DNA of 64,000 nt from Candidatus Magasanikiibacteriota bacterium (GCA_036744835.1 DAIOHD010000001.1:82320-146319); one strand, 5' to 3'. Positions 9,433-19,223 are shown, counted from the stretch's first letter. Program-made: numbers and translations. Notes: generated by a model from the letters alone, not told the origin.

Positions 9433-11133
9433 CTACTCAATTACACGGAACACTTCTTCCACTGTTGTAACCTTATTTAAAGCCTTTAATAGGCCGTCTT
9501 GCACCATAGTTACCATGCCATTTTTAACCGCAATTTCTTGGATAGCATATTCGGATGTTTGACCGGTTAAAATAATTTCTTCAATTTCTTTATTCATGGT
9601 AAATATTTCATAAATACCAATACGTCCTTTATAACCCAAGCCAGAACAGGACTCGCAACCTTTTCCTCGAAAGAACTTCAAATTTTTAAAATCAATTTTT
9701 GTTTTTTCTCCTTCTGGTAATTTGTTTAATTGCTCTTCGATTCTTTTCATTTTTTCACTATCTATTTTTTCTTCTTCAATACAATTTGGACAGATGCGGC
9801 GAACTAAACGTTGACCTATAATAGCATTTAGTGATGGAGCTAATAAAAACGGCTTTACACCCATAGAAAGGAAGCGGGGTAGGGCACCAGAAGCACTATT
9901 GGTATGAATAGTGGAAAGCATCAAGTGGCCGGTCAAAGCGGATTGGATAGCAATTTCTGCGGTTTCTAAATCACGGATTTCCCCAACCATACAAATATCC
10001 GGGTCTTGACGCAAAATACTACGCAAGCCTTTGGCGAAAGTATAATCGCGACTTGGATCAACTTGACTTTGATTGACGCCTTCCATTTTTATTTCCACCG
10101 GATCTTCCAATGTAATGATTTTAACCCCAGGTTTATTGAGAGTGCGTAAGATGGCATAAAGAGTAGTGGTTTTACCAGAACCTGTCGGGCCGGTGGTAAT
10201 AATCATTCCGTTTGGACGTTCTATTTCTTTTTTGAGACGTTCATAGGAATCGCCATAAAAGCCAAGATCATCAAAGGTTACACCCTTGCTTCCGGAAAAT
10301 AAAATTCTCATTACAATACTTTCCCCATAAGTTGTTGGCATAGTAGAGACACGAACATCGATATTACCGGCAGGTAATTTTAAAGTCACGCGACCGTCTT
10401 GGGGTTTGTTTGTAATATTGATTTTGAGTGCGGCCAAAAGTTTGATGCGTGAGCAAAAACGCTTCCATTGATCTATCGGTAAGTTGGCGACATCATGAAG
10501 TACACCGTCAATACGATAGCGCACGGCAATACCTTTTTCTTCGGCTTCTACGTGGATATCGGAACTATTGAGTTTGAGAGCGGAAGCGATAATTAGAGTT
10601 AAAATATCGGTAATGCTAACATTTTTAAATTTTTCTTCCAAGGATTGAATATTGGTCATTTCCACTTGGTATTTATCTAGTTCTTCCTGAGTAATATTTA
10701 TATCTTTGGTAATAGGTTTGATAATCGGCAGATTGGCATAAAGTTTTAAAACATATTCTAAACTAGTGTCGGAAATCAGATAAAGCTCTGGTTCGGCATG
10801 GTGTTTTTCGCCGAGCTGATAAACAAATTCTTTCATTTCTTCGTCTATGTTAGTTGCGCCTATCTTGATTTTGTCTGGGACAGAATAAAAACAAACCACC
10901 TTTTTTTCTCGAGCCTGAGTTTCAGGGATGGCGCGCAAAGATTCAGCGGATACTGGAAAACCATGCAAGTTTATATAAAGTACATTTAATTCGCGAGCTT
11001 TTTTTTCAGTGTCAGTTTCTTTGCCTTGTTGTCGGATACTTTTAATTTTTTCTTGCAATTGATTTTGCACATCGTCGCTTTTTTTCTTTCCTCCTTTTTT
11101 TGTTAGATCATTGATAGATTGAAAACCGGACAT
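9433..11133 (-). CDS. pilB: type II secretion / type IV pilus assembly ATPase (GspE/PilB family)
   Basis: Walker A GPTGSGKTTTLYA, Asp/His boxes, tetracysteine CPNC...CESC motif, N-terminal GSPII_E N-domain. Confidence 0.9.
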   Translation of the reverse strand: MSGFQSINDLTKKGGKKKSDDVQNQLQEKIKSIRQQGKETDTEKKARELNVLYINLHGFPVSAESLRAIPETQAREKKVVCFYSVPDKIKIGATNIDEEMKEFVYQLGEKHHAEPELYLISDTSLEYVLKLYANLPIIKPITKDINITQEELDKYQVEMTNIQSLEEKFKNVSITDILTLIIASALKLNSSDIHVEAEEKGIAVRYRIDGVLHDVANLPIDQWKRFCSRIKLLAALKINITNKPQDGRVTLKLPAGNIDVRVSTMPTTYGESIVMRILFSGSKGVTFDDLGFYGDSYERLKKEIERPNGMIITTGPTGSGKTTTLYAILRTLNKPGVKIITLEDPVEIKMEGVNQSQVDPSRDYTFAKGLRSILRQDPDICMVGEIRDLETAEIAIQSALTGHLMLSTIHTNSASGALPRFLSMGVKPFLLAPSLNAIIGQRLVRRICPNCIEEEKIDSEKMKRIEEQLNKLPEGEKTKIDFKNLKFFRGKGCESCSGLGYKGRIGIYEIFTMNKEIEEIILTGQTSEYAIQEIAVKNGMVTMVQDGLLKALNKVTTVEEVFRVIE

Positions 11134-11135
11134 AT

Positions 11136-12101
11136 TTATTTTTGGAAAAATTTAATAAAAAAGTGACCGATACGCGGAAAAATACCTTCATGATGCATTC
11201 GCATAAAAAGATACATCCAAGTTCCGGTATTGAAAGCATTGTAAAAACCACCGATAAGAATTATCAAAAAAGTAATAATTAAAATGCTTAAAACAACTGA
11301 TAAATTCAGCAAAATAATGCTATTGAAGAGCCCGGCGATAAACCATAAAACAGTAGCCGGAATAAAAGATAATAAAATTATCATAGAAATAAATGAAGCT
11401 AAGATCAAGTCTAAAAAAAGCATTACTAAACTGATTTCAAACGAAACCAAAAAATGATTTTTAAAAAGAACAATACCGTCTTTGAGACCGGTAAAGAATT
11501 TCTTATTTTCCACCACTACATACCCGGATGCAAAAACAGTAATGGCGGAAATTACCAATCCCAAAAAAATAACGATAATAAAAGATAAAATCAAAAATAA
11601 AGAATTCCAAAAATTATTTTCCGGAACAATAAACCATAATCCGGTGGTAAAAACCAACAAAGATAAAAGTGTTAATTTTCTTATAATATCATAGCCTAAC
11701 ACTCTCCAAAAGTACTTATAACTTTTGTGCCAGGTGTCACTGAGATTTGAATGTTTTTTCTTTTTATAATATTCACAAACATTAATAATCAGAGATGTTT
11801 GTGCACAAACCGAGATAAAAATTACAATTGCTAAAACTGCTAAAATAATTTGTATAAACCAAACAATCGCAACAAAATTTCCTGGATCACTTACGGATAA
11901 TAATTTTAAAAGACCAAACCAGGGAAAGTGACTGATGTCCATTGTTTCTTTACTAACTAAAATCATTTGGCCCCAAAAACCTCCCATACCAAAAGGACTG
12001 ACAAATAGAGCGGAAAGAATCCCGAAAATCCAAAGAGACTTATTATTCCAGATAAGTTTGAATGATTGACTTAAAGCTTCGCGATAAGAAGGGGAGTTCA
12101 T
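11136..12101 (-). CDS. polytopic integral membrane protein of unknown function, co-operonic with pilB (stop/start 3 nt apart)
   Basis: 321-aa ORF with 6 or more hydrophobic helices. Not PilC-like by length or motifs. Confidence 0.5.
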   Translation of the reverse strand: MNSPSYREALSQSFKLIWNNKSLWIFGILSALFVSPFGMGGFWGQMILVSKETMDISHFPWFGLLKLLSVSDPGNFVAIVWFIQIILAVLAIVIFISVCAQTSLIINVCEYYKKKKHSNLSDTWHKSYKYFWRVLGYDIIRKLTLLSLLVFTTGLWFIVPENNFWNSLFLILSFIIVIFLGLVISAITVFASGYVVVENKKFFTGLKDGIVLFKNHFLVSFEISLVMLFLDLILASFISMIILLSFIPATVLWFIAGLFNSIILLNLSVVLSILIITFLIILIGGFYNAFNTGTWMYLFMRMHHEGIFPRIGHFFIKFFQK

Positions 12102-12406
12102 AAAAACTAAAAGTTAAAAGTTGAAAGTTAAAAAGCTCACGCTGTTAAATCCCCAAAGGAGTCCGCCTAAGGCGGAATTTAACTGGGGTAAATAAAGTCC
12201 AAAAATACAAAAAATTGTATTCTTTTGGAACAAAGATATTATAGCATATTTTGGCTAAAATGTGGAAATTTTTGAAAGGACAATTATCAACATCTAAAAA
12301 GAGTTGACAAAAAGGGTTTTTTTAGCTAAAATATCCTGTCGTTTATAAGACAAAAAATAAGTTCCTTTAATATAAAATATCAACAACGTTTTTTAGGAGA
12401 AGTACA

Positions 12407-13027
12407 ATGGAAAAAGAGATGATTTCCAAAATCGCGCCTTATTTTGAAGCGCGGCGATTATTTGAAAAACATGATCCGAACTCTCTTCCGAGCCTCAATA
12501 TCTTTCCTTTTTTTAAAAGGGAAAATATAAAGGCTTATCTGGACAAACACTACCGGCTTACTCCGGAGGAAGAAAAGGAATTTCTTTCTTGGTCTTTGGA
12601 ATGTATCATTATGCTTGAACCGGAAAATGATTTATCCAAGGCCAACGAACTTCTCCGGCTTTTCAAAAAAGAGTTTGACGATTTCTCGGTCAATAAGGCG
12701 GTGCTCAACGCTTTGGTTCAACAGAATTTCTGTGATGAAATTGCGCTTGACGACTTGCTTGACCTGTTGCGTAACTTGGAAATCAAACCTGGTTCTTCGG
12801 AAGTGTCCGATCTGATGGCTAAGTATACAGAACGCTTTTGTGAAAAATCTGCTAAATCTTTTGAAAACACCAAGAGGATTTTGACCAGTTTCAAAATGCT
12901 GGCGGAAAAATTTGAGGTGGATCTCAAGGATTTTAAAAACTGTTTTGAATCTTTGGTGAGTGATTATGAAAAATACCATCATTACAACTCTGCCGCTATT
13001 CTCAGAGAGTTTGCCAAAGAACTCTAA
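12407..13027 (+). CDS. hypothetical alpha-helical protein
   Basis: 206-aa ORF. Promoter TTGACA(12305)-17-TAAAAT, RBS AGGAGA, terminator hairpin ACCGCCCTTAAACAAGGCGGT at about 13046-13066. Confidence 0.5.
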   Translation: MEKEMISKIAPYFEARRLFEKHDPNSLPSLNIFPFFKRENIKAYLDKHYRLTPEEEKEFLSWSLECIIMLEPENDLSKANELLRLFKKEFDDFSVNKAVLNALVQQNFCDEIALDDLLDLLRNLEIKPGSSEVSDLMAKYTERFCEKSAKSFENTKRILTSFKMLAEKFEVDLKDFKNCFESLVSDYEKYHHYNSAAILREFAKEL

Positions 13028-13124
13028 AATAGTTTTTTCTTACCGCCCTTAAACAAGGCGGTTTTTTTATTGTGTTTTGCGACTGAGTTGACTTTTTTTA
13101 TGAAATTGCTATAATTTTGATTAA

Positions 13125-13285
13125 TAGTCAAAAGAACCAGCCCAGACGCATTGACGTTATGGTACCACTCTTTGGAGAAGCGACAATTTATTACTAAAAG
13201 TTAAATAACGGGTGGAACCGTCCTAAAAATTTTAAAGGACCCCGATATCTCTGTTTTTGAGGTATGGGGGTATTTTGTTTAATGA
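13125..13285 (+). promoter_or_regulatory. candidate T-box riboswitch leader upstream of thrS
   Basis: T-box-like AACGGGTGGAACCGTC (consensus AGGGTGGNACCGCG) at about 13207-13222. ACC-A (Thr codon + purine) at 13134-13138 as candidate specifier. Terminator-like hairpin CCCCGATA...TATGGGGG + TATTTTGTTT at 13240-13280. Confidence 0.45.
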
Positions 13286-13457
13286 CCAAACCTTGAATGA
13301 CCAATGACCAATCAAATTCCAAATCCTAAACCCTAATTACATTTGGACATTTAGACATTGGGTATTGATTGGGAATTGGGATTTGGACATTGGGATTTAA
13401 AAAGTTTAATCTACATTTAAATTTTATAAGTTATTATTTACTAATTTATTTAGATAT

Positions 13458-15293
13458 ATGAAATTAGATATTTCAATTATGCGTCACAGTTGCGCGCATT
13501 TAGTAGCTGCTGCTGTAGCCGAGCTTTATCCAAAAGCTAAATTTGGTGTTGGACCAACGGTGGAAAATGGTTTTTATTATGATATTGATTTTGGTGTGCC
13601 AGTAACAGAGGAAGATTTACAAAAAATTGAGGATAAAGCCAAAGAGTTTCAAAAGCAAAATTTAGAATTTTCCCGTCAAGAGATGACCCTTGACAAATCC
13701 ATAGACTTGTTTGCAAAAATGGGTCAAACATACAAAGTTGAGCTACTCAATGATCTTAAAACCAAAGGCACGACTAAAGTTAATGATGAAGAATTGGCTG
13801 AAATTGGCGGAAATATTGATAAAGTCACTATTTATCAAACCGGTAATTTTATAGATCTTTGTCGTGGCCCGCATTTGAAATCCACCAAAGAAATTGGTGT
13901 TTTCAAATTAAATAAAATAGCGGGTGCTTATTGGCGTGGTAAAAGCGAGAATCCTCAATTGACTCGTATTTATGGACTGTGTTTTGCTAAACAAAAAGAA
14001 TTGGATGAATATTTACAACTTTTAGAAGAAGCGGAAAAGCGTGATCATCGAAAATTGGGAAAAGAATTAGATCTATTTCATATTGATGATATGGTTGGTT
14101 TGGGTTTACCACTCTGGCATCCAAAGGGCGCTATTTTATGGCGTTTGATTGAGGATTTTTGGTATAAATATCATTTAGCCAATGGTTATGAATTGGTCCG
14201 GACTCCACATATTGGAAATAAAGTATTATGGGAAACTAGCGGACATTGGGGATTTTACAACGACAGTATGTACCCACCGTTGGAAGTCGGACAAACCCTC
14301 AAAGAAAGTCAGACAAACCAAGAAGTAAAAGAGCAAGAAACTTATTTGCTCAAACCCATGAATTGTCCTTTTCATGTTCAGATTTTTAAAAATCGTCCTT
14401 ATTCATATCGTGAACTTCCTTTACGTTGGGCAGAATGCGGTACGGTTTATCGTCATGAGAAAAAAGGTCAATTATCTGGACTAACTCGCGTGCGTGGTTT
14501 TACTCAAGATGATGCGCACATCATTTGTTCCAAAGAACAAGTAGAAGAAGAACTCAAAAGAGTAATAGATTTTATTTTATTTATTTATAAATCTTTTGGA
14601 TTTAATATCGAAGATGTTCAAGTATTTTTATCTTTACGTGATCCAAAGGACAAAGAAAAATATGTTGGAGGGAATGAAGGTTGGGAATTGACAGAAAGTG
14701 TTTTACGTAAAGTGGCCAAAGAAAAGAAGTTGAATTTTACCGAAGAAGAAGGTGAAGCCGCTTTTTATGGTCCGAAATTGGATTTTAAAATCAAAGATTG
14801 TTTGGGTCGTTTGTGGCAATGCTCTACATTGCAATTTGATTTTAATTTACCTGAACGTTTTGATTTAAATTTCGTTAACAATAAAGGTGAACAAGAACGT
14901 CCATACATGTTACATCGCGCGTTATTCGGCTCTTTTGAAAGATTTATTGGTTTGCTTATTGAACATTATGCGGGCGCATTTCCAGTTTGGTTTGCCCCGA
15001 CTCAAATTATACTCGTGCCGGTTAGTGAAAAACATGTAGAAGGTGCGCAAAAAATAAAAATGGAATTGATTGAACTTGGTTTGCGAGTAGAAAGCGATGA
15101 AGCGGATGAAACACTTGGTAATAAGGTTCGTAAAGCCGTGAAACAAAAAGTTCCGTATATTATTGTGGTAGGGGACAAAGAATTAGCCGGGGATGATTGG
15201 ATGATCAGAATCAGGGGGGTGGAAAAACAAGAAAAAATGAGTAAAGAAAAATTTATTGAAAAGATTTTGAGAGAAGTAAAAGAGAGAATATAA
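13458..15293 (+). CDS. thrS: threonine--tRNA ligase
   Basis: Class II aaRS motifs (MNCPFHVQIF, RVRGFTQDDAHIIC, FYGPKLDF), editing-domain N-terminus, anticodon-binding C-terminus. Confidence 0.9.
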   Translation: MKLDISIMRHSCAHLVAAAVAELYPKAKFGVGPTVENGFYYDIDFGVPVTEEDLQKIEDKAKEFQKQNLEFSRQEMTLDKSIDLFAKMGQTYKVELLNDLKTKGTTKVNDEELAEIGGNIDKVTIYQTGNFIDLCRGPHLKSTKEIGVFKLNKIAGAYWRGKSENPQLTRIYGLCFAKQKELDEYLQLLEEAEKRDHRKLGKELDLFHIDDMVGLGLPLWHPKGAILWRLIEDFWYKYHLANGYELVRTPHIGNKVLWETSGHWGFYNDSMYPPLEVGQTLKESQTNQEVKEQETYLLKPMNCPFHVQIFKNRPYSYRELPLRWAECGTVYRHEKKGQLSGLTRVRGFTQDDAHIICSKEQVEEELKRVIDFILFIYKSFGFNIEDVQVFLSLRDPKDKEKYVGGNEGWELTESVLRKVAKEKKLNFTEEEGEAAFYGPKLDFKIKDCLGRLWQCSTLQFDFNLPERFDLNFVNNKGEQERPYMLHRALFGSFERFIGLLIEHYAGAFPVWFAPTQIILVPVSEKHVEGAQKIKMELIELGLRVESDEADETLGNKVRKAVKQKVPYIIVVGDKELAGDDWMIRIRGVEKQEKMSKEKFIEKILREVKERI

Positions 15294-15347
15294 AAATAAG
15301 TTATAAAATAAAAAACGCCTCGACATTTAGTCGGGGCGGTTTTGTGT

Positions 15348-15812
15348 TTATCTCCTTTTGGCCGGTTTTTTATCCCGGCTGATTTCTTTCATGATTTCAA
15401 GATAGGTTTTTGACCCTATCTTATCCATAATGAACTGGCGGTGTTTTTCGCACACCAAAAACATTATCATTCCTTTTCGATAAAACTGCGAGTGGATAAA
15501 AGACTCAATAATACTGCGAGATCCGCTGGTAAAGATCGTATTGATTGTATCAAAAGAAAAAGATTTTTCTGGAAATACATCGGCACGGTTGGAGCGGATA
15601 AGTTCCAGCAAGCACTCAATATCGTCTTTGATGATTTCCCAGACCTTTTCTTTTTCCGCTTCAGAGAAAAGATCAAAAAGGTAGGGGGTGGATTTTTTCA
15701 ACAGCGTCAAATCTGGGTTTTTTTTGGAAAGCGCCGACAACAGCGTTTCTTTCTCTCGTTTTTTACGAACTTCTTCTTGATTAAAAATCTTCGCTTGTTT
15801 TTCGTTTGTCAT
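15348..15812 (-). CDS. hypothetical protein
   Basis: 154-aa ORF. RBS AAGGAGG 5 nt upstream, promoter TTGACT-16-TAAAAT on the minus strand at about 15850-15880. Confidence 0.45.
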   Translation of the reverse strand: MTNEKQAKIFNQEEVRKKREKETLLSALSKKNPDLTLLKKSTPYLFDLFSEAEKEKVWEIIKDDIECLLELIRSNRADVFPEKSFSFDTINTIFTSGSRSIIESFIHSQFYRKGMIMFLVCEKHRQFIMDKIGSKTYLEIMKEISRDKKPAKRR

Positions 15813-16002
15813 CGTTTCCTCCTTTGAGGGAAGTTGTTTTTAAAGAACATATGAATTTTACTTCTTTTATTTCAAAAGTCAAGGTTTGAGGGGATTTACC
15901 CTGTGAAATTCCGTCCGCCTCGGCGGATGGACCGGCTTTACCGGATTTTACAGGGTAAAAAATCCGCCCTAAAAAGGGCGGACTAAAATAAAAGAACTTT
16001 GT

Positions 16003-16242
16003 TTAAACATCCAGAGTGGCTCTGGGAGCCAAGCGAACACATTCTTCCCAAGGGATATTCTTTGTTTCTATGCGTTGACAGACAACGCAGGTCGTTTTTT
16101 TTTCGCTGACGCCGTTATTCCAAGAAACACCTTCAAAGTGTTCTGTTTCCATCTGACAACGACCTTGACAGAATTTTTTTATTACTCCAAGGCTTTGATA
16201 AGAAGCGGACGGCGGATAACGATATTCATTGTTGTCGCGCAT
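16003..16242 (-). CDS. small zinc-ribbon protein, paralog family member (CxxxC..H..W..CxxC)
   Basis: 79-aa ORF. FCQGRCQMETEHFEGVSWNNGVSEKKTTCVVC. Minus-strand promoter TTGACA-17-TATAAT (rc of about 16275-16305), RBS AGGAGG, terminator hairpin CCGCCCTAAAAAGGGCGG at 15968-15987. Confidence 0.5.
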   Translation of the reverse strand: MRDNNEYRYPPSASYQSLGVIKKFCQGRCQMETEHFEGVSWNNGVSEKKTTCVVCQRIETKNIPWEECVRLAPRATLDV

Positions 16243-16381
16243 TTTTTCCTCCTGGAAAAATATTTTTTAAAAAAGGACCAGGAAGATTATATAATAAAAA
16301 AATAAAATTGTCAATCTAGGTTATGCTAAAGCTACGCCGGGCAAGACTTTAATTTATTAAAAACCGCCCACAGGGGGCGGT

Positions 16382-16609
16382 TTAGGAAGGGAGTTTGGCA
16401 AGCATCTGAGCTTCTTTGAAGGATTCGTAATCAATCTTTTTCTTAAGAGTTTTTTTACATTTTTCACAGCGGAAAACGCTCAGATACAAACCGGCATCAT
16501 GGTTCCACGCCAGTCCGGTGTGATGAGTGGTGTGCATCCCGCATTTTTTGCAAAAAGATTCCTGTTTGTCCTTCTTGTTAAAAGAGAAATTCAACTTTTG
16601 TGTTTTCAT
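16382..16609 (-). CDS. small zinc-ribbon protein, paralog family member
   Basis: 75-aa ORF. FCKKCGMHTTHHTGLAWNHDAGLYLSVFRCEKC. RBS GAGGAGAGG. Terminator hairpin AACCGCCCACAGGGGGCGGTT at 16361-16381. Confidence 0.5.
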   Translation of the reverse strand: MKTQKLNFSFNKKDKQESFCKKCGMHTTHHTGLAWNHDAGLYLSVFRCEKCKKTLKKKIDYESFKEAQMLAKLPS

Positions 16610-16727
16610 TTTCCTCTCCTCTTGTTTATGTGTAGTGTACTGATTATATCCTAGTAGTTATTGAAATTAATGTCAATTCTATGGATAGTTGCCAAAACAT
16701 CAAAAAACCGCTAAAATGCCCTAGATT

Positions 16728-18089
16728 ATGCTTAAATACTATCACCTTATCACTTTTGGCTGTCAGATGAATAAAAACGACTCAGAGCGCGCTGGGGCGC
16801 TTTTAGCGTCTATGGGCATGAAAGAAACGCCAGTGCTGGAAAAGGCAGATTTGGTATTGGTAAATACCTGCAGTGTGCGACAAACAGCCGAAGATAGAAC
16901 CAGTGGAATAAATAGAAAAATTTTGAAATTGAAGAAGCAAAAACCAAATTTGATTTTTGCTGTGACCGGTTGCATGCCTGGGCGGGATACGGATGGACGT
17001 TTGCGAAAAAAAATTCCCAGTGCTGATTTATTTTTCCCAATTATTGATTTACCCAGATTACCCGCCTGGCTCAAAGAATTACGTCCAAAATGGTTTGATA
17101 TCAAGTTTGAAGAAGTGGGGGAATATTGGAATATAGATCCAAAAAGAGAACTGGATTACAAAGTTTCTGTTACTATTCAAATCGGCTGTAATAATTTTTG
17201 TTCTTATTGTGTGGTGCCTTATGCAAGAGGTCGAGAAAAAAACAGACCTTTAAAAGAAATTTTAGTGGAAATCAGAAAAGCAGTAAAAAATGGCGCCAAA
17301 GAAATTACACTTCTCGGACAAGTAGTAAATAATTATCGTGCGCCTGACCCGGAAAATTATAAAAAAGAAAATATATTTTCCCCCTCTGCCAGAGAGGGGG
17401 CGAAGGGGGAGAGGGAGAAAAACGATTTTGCCGCTTTGCTTTGGGAAATAAATAATTTGTCAGGAGATTTTCGTATTTTTTATACCGCTCCGGATCCACA
17501 ACATTTTGATGATTTTCAGATTAAAGCCTTGAGTTTGCCTAAAATGGTCAATTATATCCATTTACCGGTGCAAGCGGGGGATAATGAGATACTCAAGAAA
17601 ATGAATCGTAAATATACCCGCGAACAATATATAAAATTAATTAAGAAAATTCGCGTGCAAAAACCCGAGATTGCTATTGGTACGGATATTATTGTCGGGT
17701 TTTGCAGTGAAAGTAAAAAACAATTTGAACAAACAGTAGATCTTTATAAACAGTGTGATTTTGATATCGCTTATCTAGCGATGTATAGTGAGCGTAGCGG
17801 GACGGTAGCGGCGAAAATTTACAAAGACGATGTTTCTGTGGAAGAAAAAAAGCGTCGTTGGCGTGTGCTACAGGATTTGATGGAAGAAATAGTTTTGTGT
17901 AAAAATCAAAAATATTTAGAACAAGTTGTGGAAGTACTAGTCGATGAATTCAAAGACGGGGTGTGTACAGGAAATAGTAATGAAATGAAGCTAGTACAAT
18001 TTTTGGGAAATAAAAAAATGATTGGAAATTTTGTAAAAGTGAAAATAAATTTCGCAGAAAAATGGATACTCAAGGGCGAAGCCTGTTGA
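16728..18089 (+). CDS. miaB: tRNA methylthiotransferase (MiaB/RimO family radical-SAM enzyme)
   Basis: N-terminal MTTase domain with FGCQMN, radical SAM CNNFCSYC, C-terminal TRAM. Promoter TTGCCA(16689)-17-TAAAAT(16712) leaves almost no leader, so the mRNA may be leaderless. Confidence 0.85.
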   Translation: MLKYYHLITFGCQMNKNDSERAGALLASMGMKETPVLEKADLVLVNTCSVRQTAEDRTSGINRKILKLKKQKPNLIFAVTGCMPGRDTDGRLRKKIPSADLFFPIIDLPRLPAWLKELRPKWFDIKFEEVGEYWNIDPKRELDYKVSVTIQIGCNNFCSYCVVPYARGREKNRPLKEILVEIRKAVKNGAKEITLLGQVVNNYRAPDPENYKKENIFSPSAREGAKGEREKNDFAALLWEINNLSGDFRIFYTAPDPQHFDDFQIKALSLPKMVNYIHLPVQAGDNEILKKMNRKYTREQYIKLIKKIRVQKPEIAIGTDIIVGFCSESKKQFEQTVDLYKQCDFDIAYLAMYSERSGTVAAKIYKDDVSVEEKKRRWRVLQDLMEEIVLCKNQKYLEQVVEVLVDEFKDGVCTGNSNEMKLVQFLGNKKMIGNFVKVKINFAEKWILKGEAC

Positions 18090-18128
18090 GATTGAAAAGA
18101 TTTAAAAAATTAAAAAGATTAAAAAGAT

Positions 18129-18220
18129 TGTCATTGCGATCCGCCGGCTGGCGGAGAAGCAATCCCACGGATTTTATATAAAATAATGAGATTGCCACGG
18201 CCTTTGGCCTCGCAATGACA
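18129..18220 (+). mobile_element. MITE-like element copy downstream of miaB
   Basis: GTCATTGCGATCCGCCGGCTGGCGGAGAAGCAATCCCACGG...GCCACGGCCTTTGGCCTCGCAATGACA. Confidence 0.7.
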
Positions 18221-18361
18221 CAAATAACCCTGCTTTTAGCGGGGTTTTATTATTGTTTAGATATAAAATCTTCCAGTTAGCATTGACAAAACTCGCTTTT
18301 TGTGCTATATTATGATGTAATTCAATTAGTACTTTAATAATAAAAATAAAAGGAGGAGAAG

Positions 18362-18751
18362 ATGAGAAGGCTAATCCTGATTACCTTTTCTGATCCGACA
18401 GATACTTGGTATAGTTCGCAATCTCGCGAATACATCAAGTATTTTTTGGAAAGGATCAAGAGTCGGTTTGGTGTTGAAGAAGATGTTGAAATCGTTATTA
18501 AATACATCAATCTTACTCCTGGCACCGAGCCTGCCCATGTACTAGGCAATTTTTTCCGGGATAAAAATCCGGAAGTAATCGGTGTGTTTGTGCAAGCTCA
18601 TAAAGTTCTCGAGATAAACAAAAAAATTTTGTTTCTCGCGGAAATTTTGAGGGAAAAACAGCATCCGATAGAGATCTTTTACTTTGAAAACAAAAAAGCA
18701 TTTATTTTGCAGTCTGTTTTTCAAGGAAAAATGGAAGGTGAAGAATTATAA
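18362..18751 (+). CDS. hypothetical protein, tandem paralog A
   Basis: 129-aa ORF. Strong RBS AAAGGAGGAG. N-terminus MRRLILITFSDPTDTWY...FLERIKSRFGV is similar to the next gene. Confidence 0.5.
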   Translation: MRRLILITFSDPTDTWYSSQSREYIKYFLERIKSRFGVEEDVEIVIKYINLTPGTEPAHVLGNFFRDKNPEVIGVFVQAHKVLEINKKILFLAEILREKQHPIEIFYFENKKAFILQSVFQGKMEGEEL

Positions 18752-18854
18752 GCCCCGCGATATTGTCGGGGCTTTGTTTTTGACAAAAATATTGCAAAGG
18801 AGTAAATTAGTAGTCTGTTCTTTTAATAAAACTTTTTTAGAGAGGGGGTGGTAA

Positions 18855-19223
18855 ATGCCAAAAGTTGTATACATTACTTTTGAAGTAGGAACGGAAGTTT
18901 TTTGGCAAGAAGACAGATTTCAAGCCGGAAGAAAAAAATTCTTTGAGATTATAAAAGGTCGTTTTGGCCTCTTGGATATCAAAGATGATTTTGAACCGGT
19001 TATTGCAATGAATCAACTTGGTTTTCTGAAATTGAAAAACGGCGAAATTTTACCGCCAGAAATGGTAGAAAAACTTCTTTCCGAGTACGGAAACAACGAA
19101 ATAGTCATTGTAGACAAATGTCAAGAAAAAGAGCTTGATGACAAAATTAAAGCTTTTATTTCAAAACACAAAAACTTCCATGCTTTGGAGGAAGTAATAG
19201 AAGACCATCATAAATTTTTATGA
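18855..19223 (+). CDS. hypothetical protein, tandem paralog B
   Basis: 122-aa ORF. N-terminus MPKVVYITFEVGTEVFW...FFEIIKGRFGL parallels the gene at 18362. Bidirectional terminator CCGCGGCCCAGTCCGCGG at 19228-19250. Confidence 0.5.
   Translation: MPKVVYITFEVGTEVFWQEDRFQAGRKKFFEIIKGRFGLLDIKDDFEPVIAMNQLGFLKLKNGEILPPEMVEKLLSEYGNNEIVIVDKCQEKELDDKIKAFISKHKNFHALEEVIEDHHKFL

Noticed and set aside
15441-15827. Plus-strand ORFs 15441-15827 and 16075-16305 opposite the small minus-strand genes
   Set aside because: The minus-strand genes have RBS, promoters and terminators. The plus-strand frames are Phe/Leu-rich antisense artifacts.
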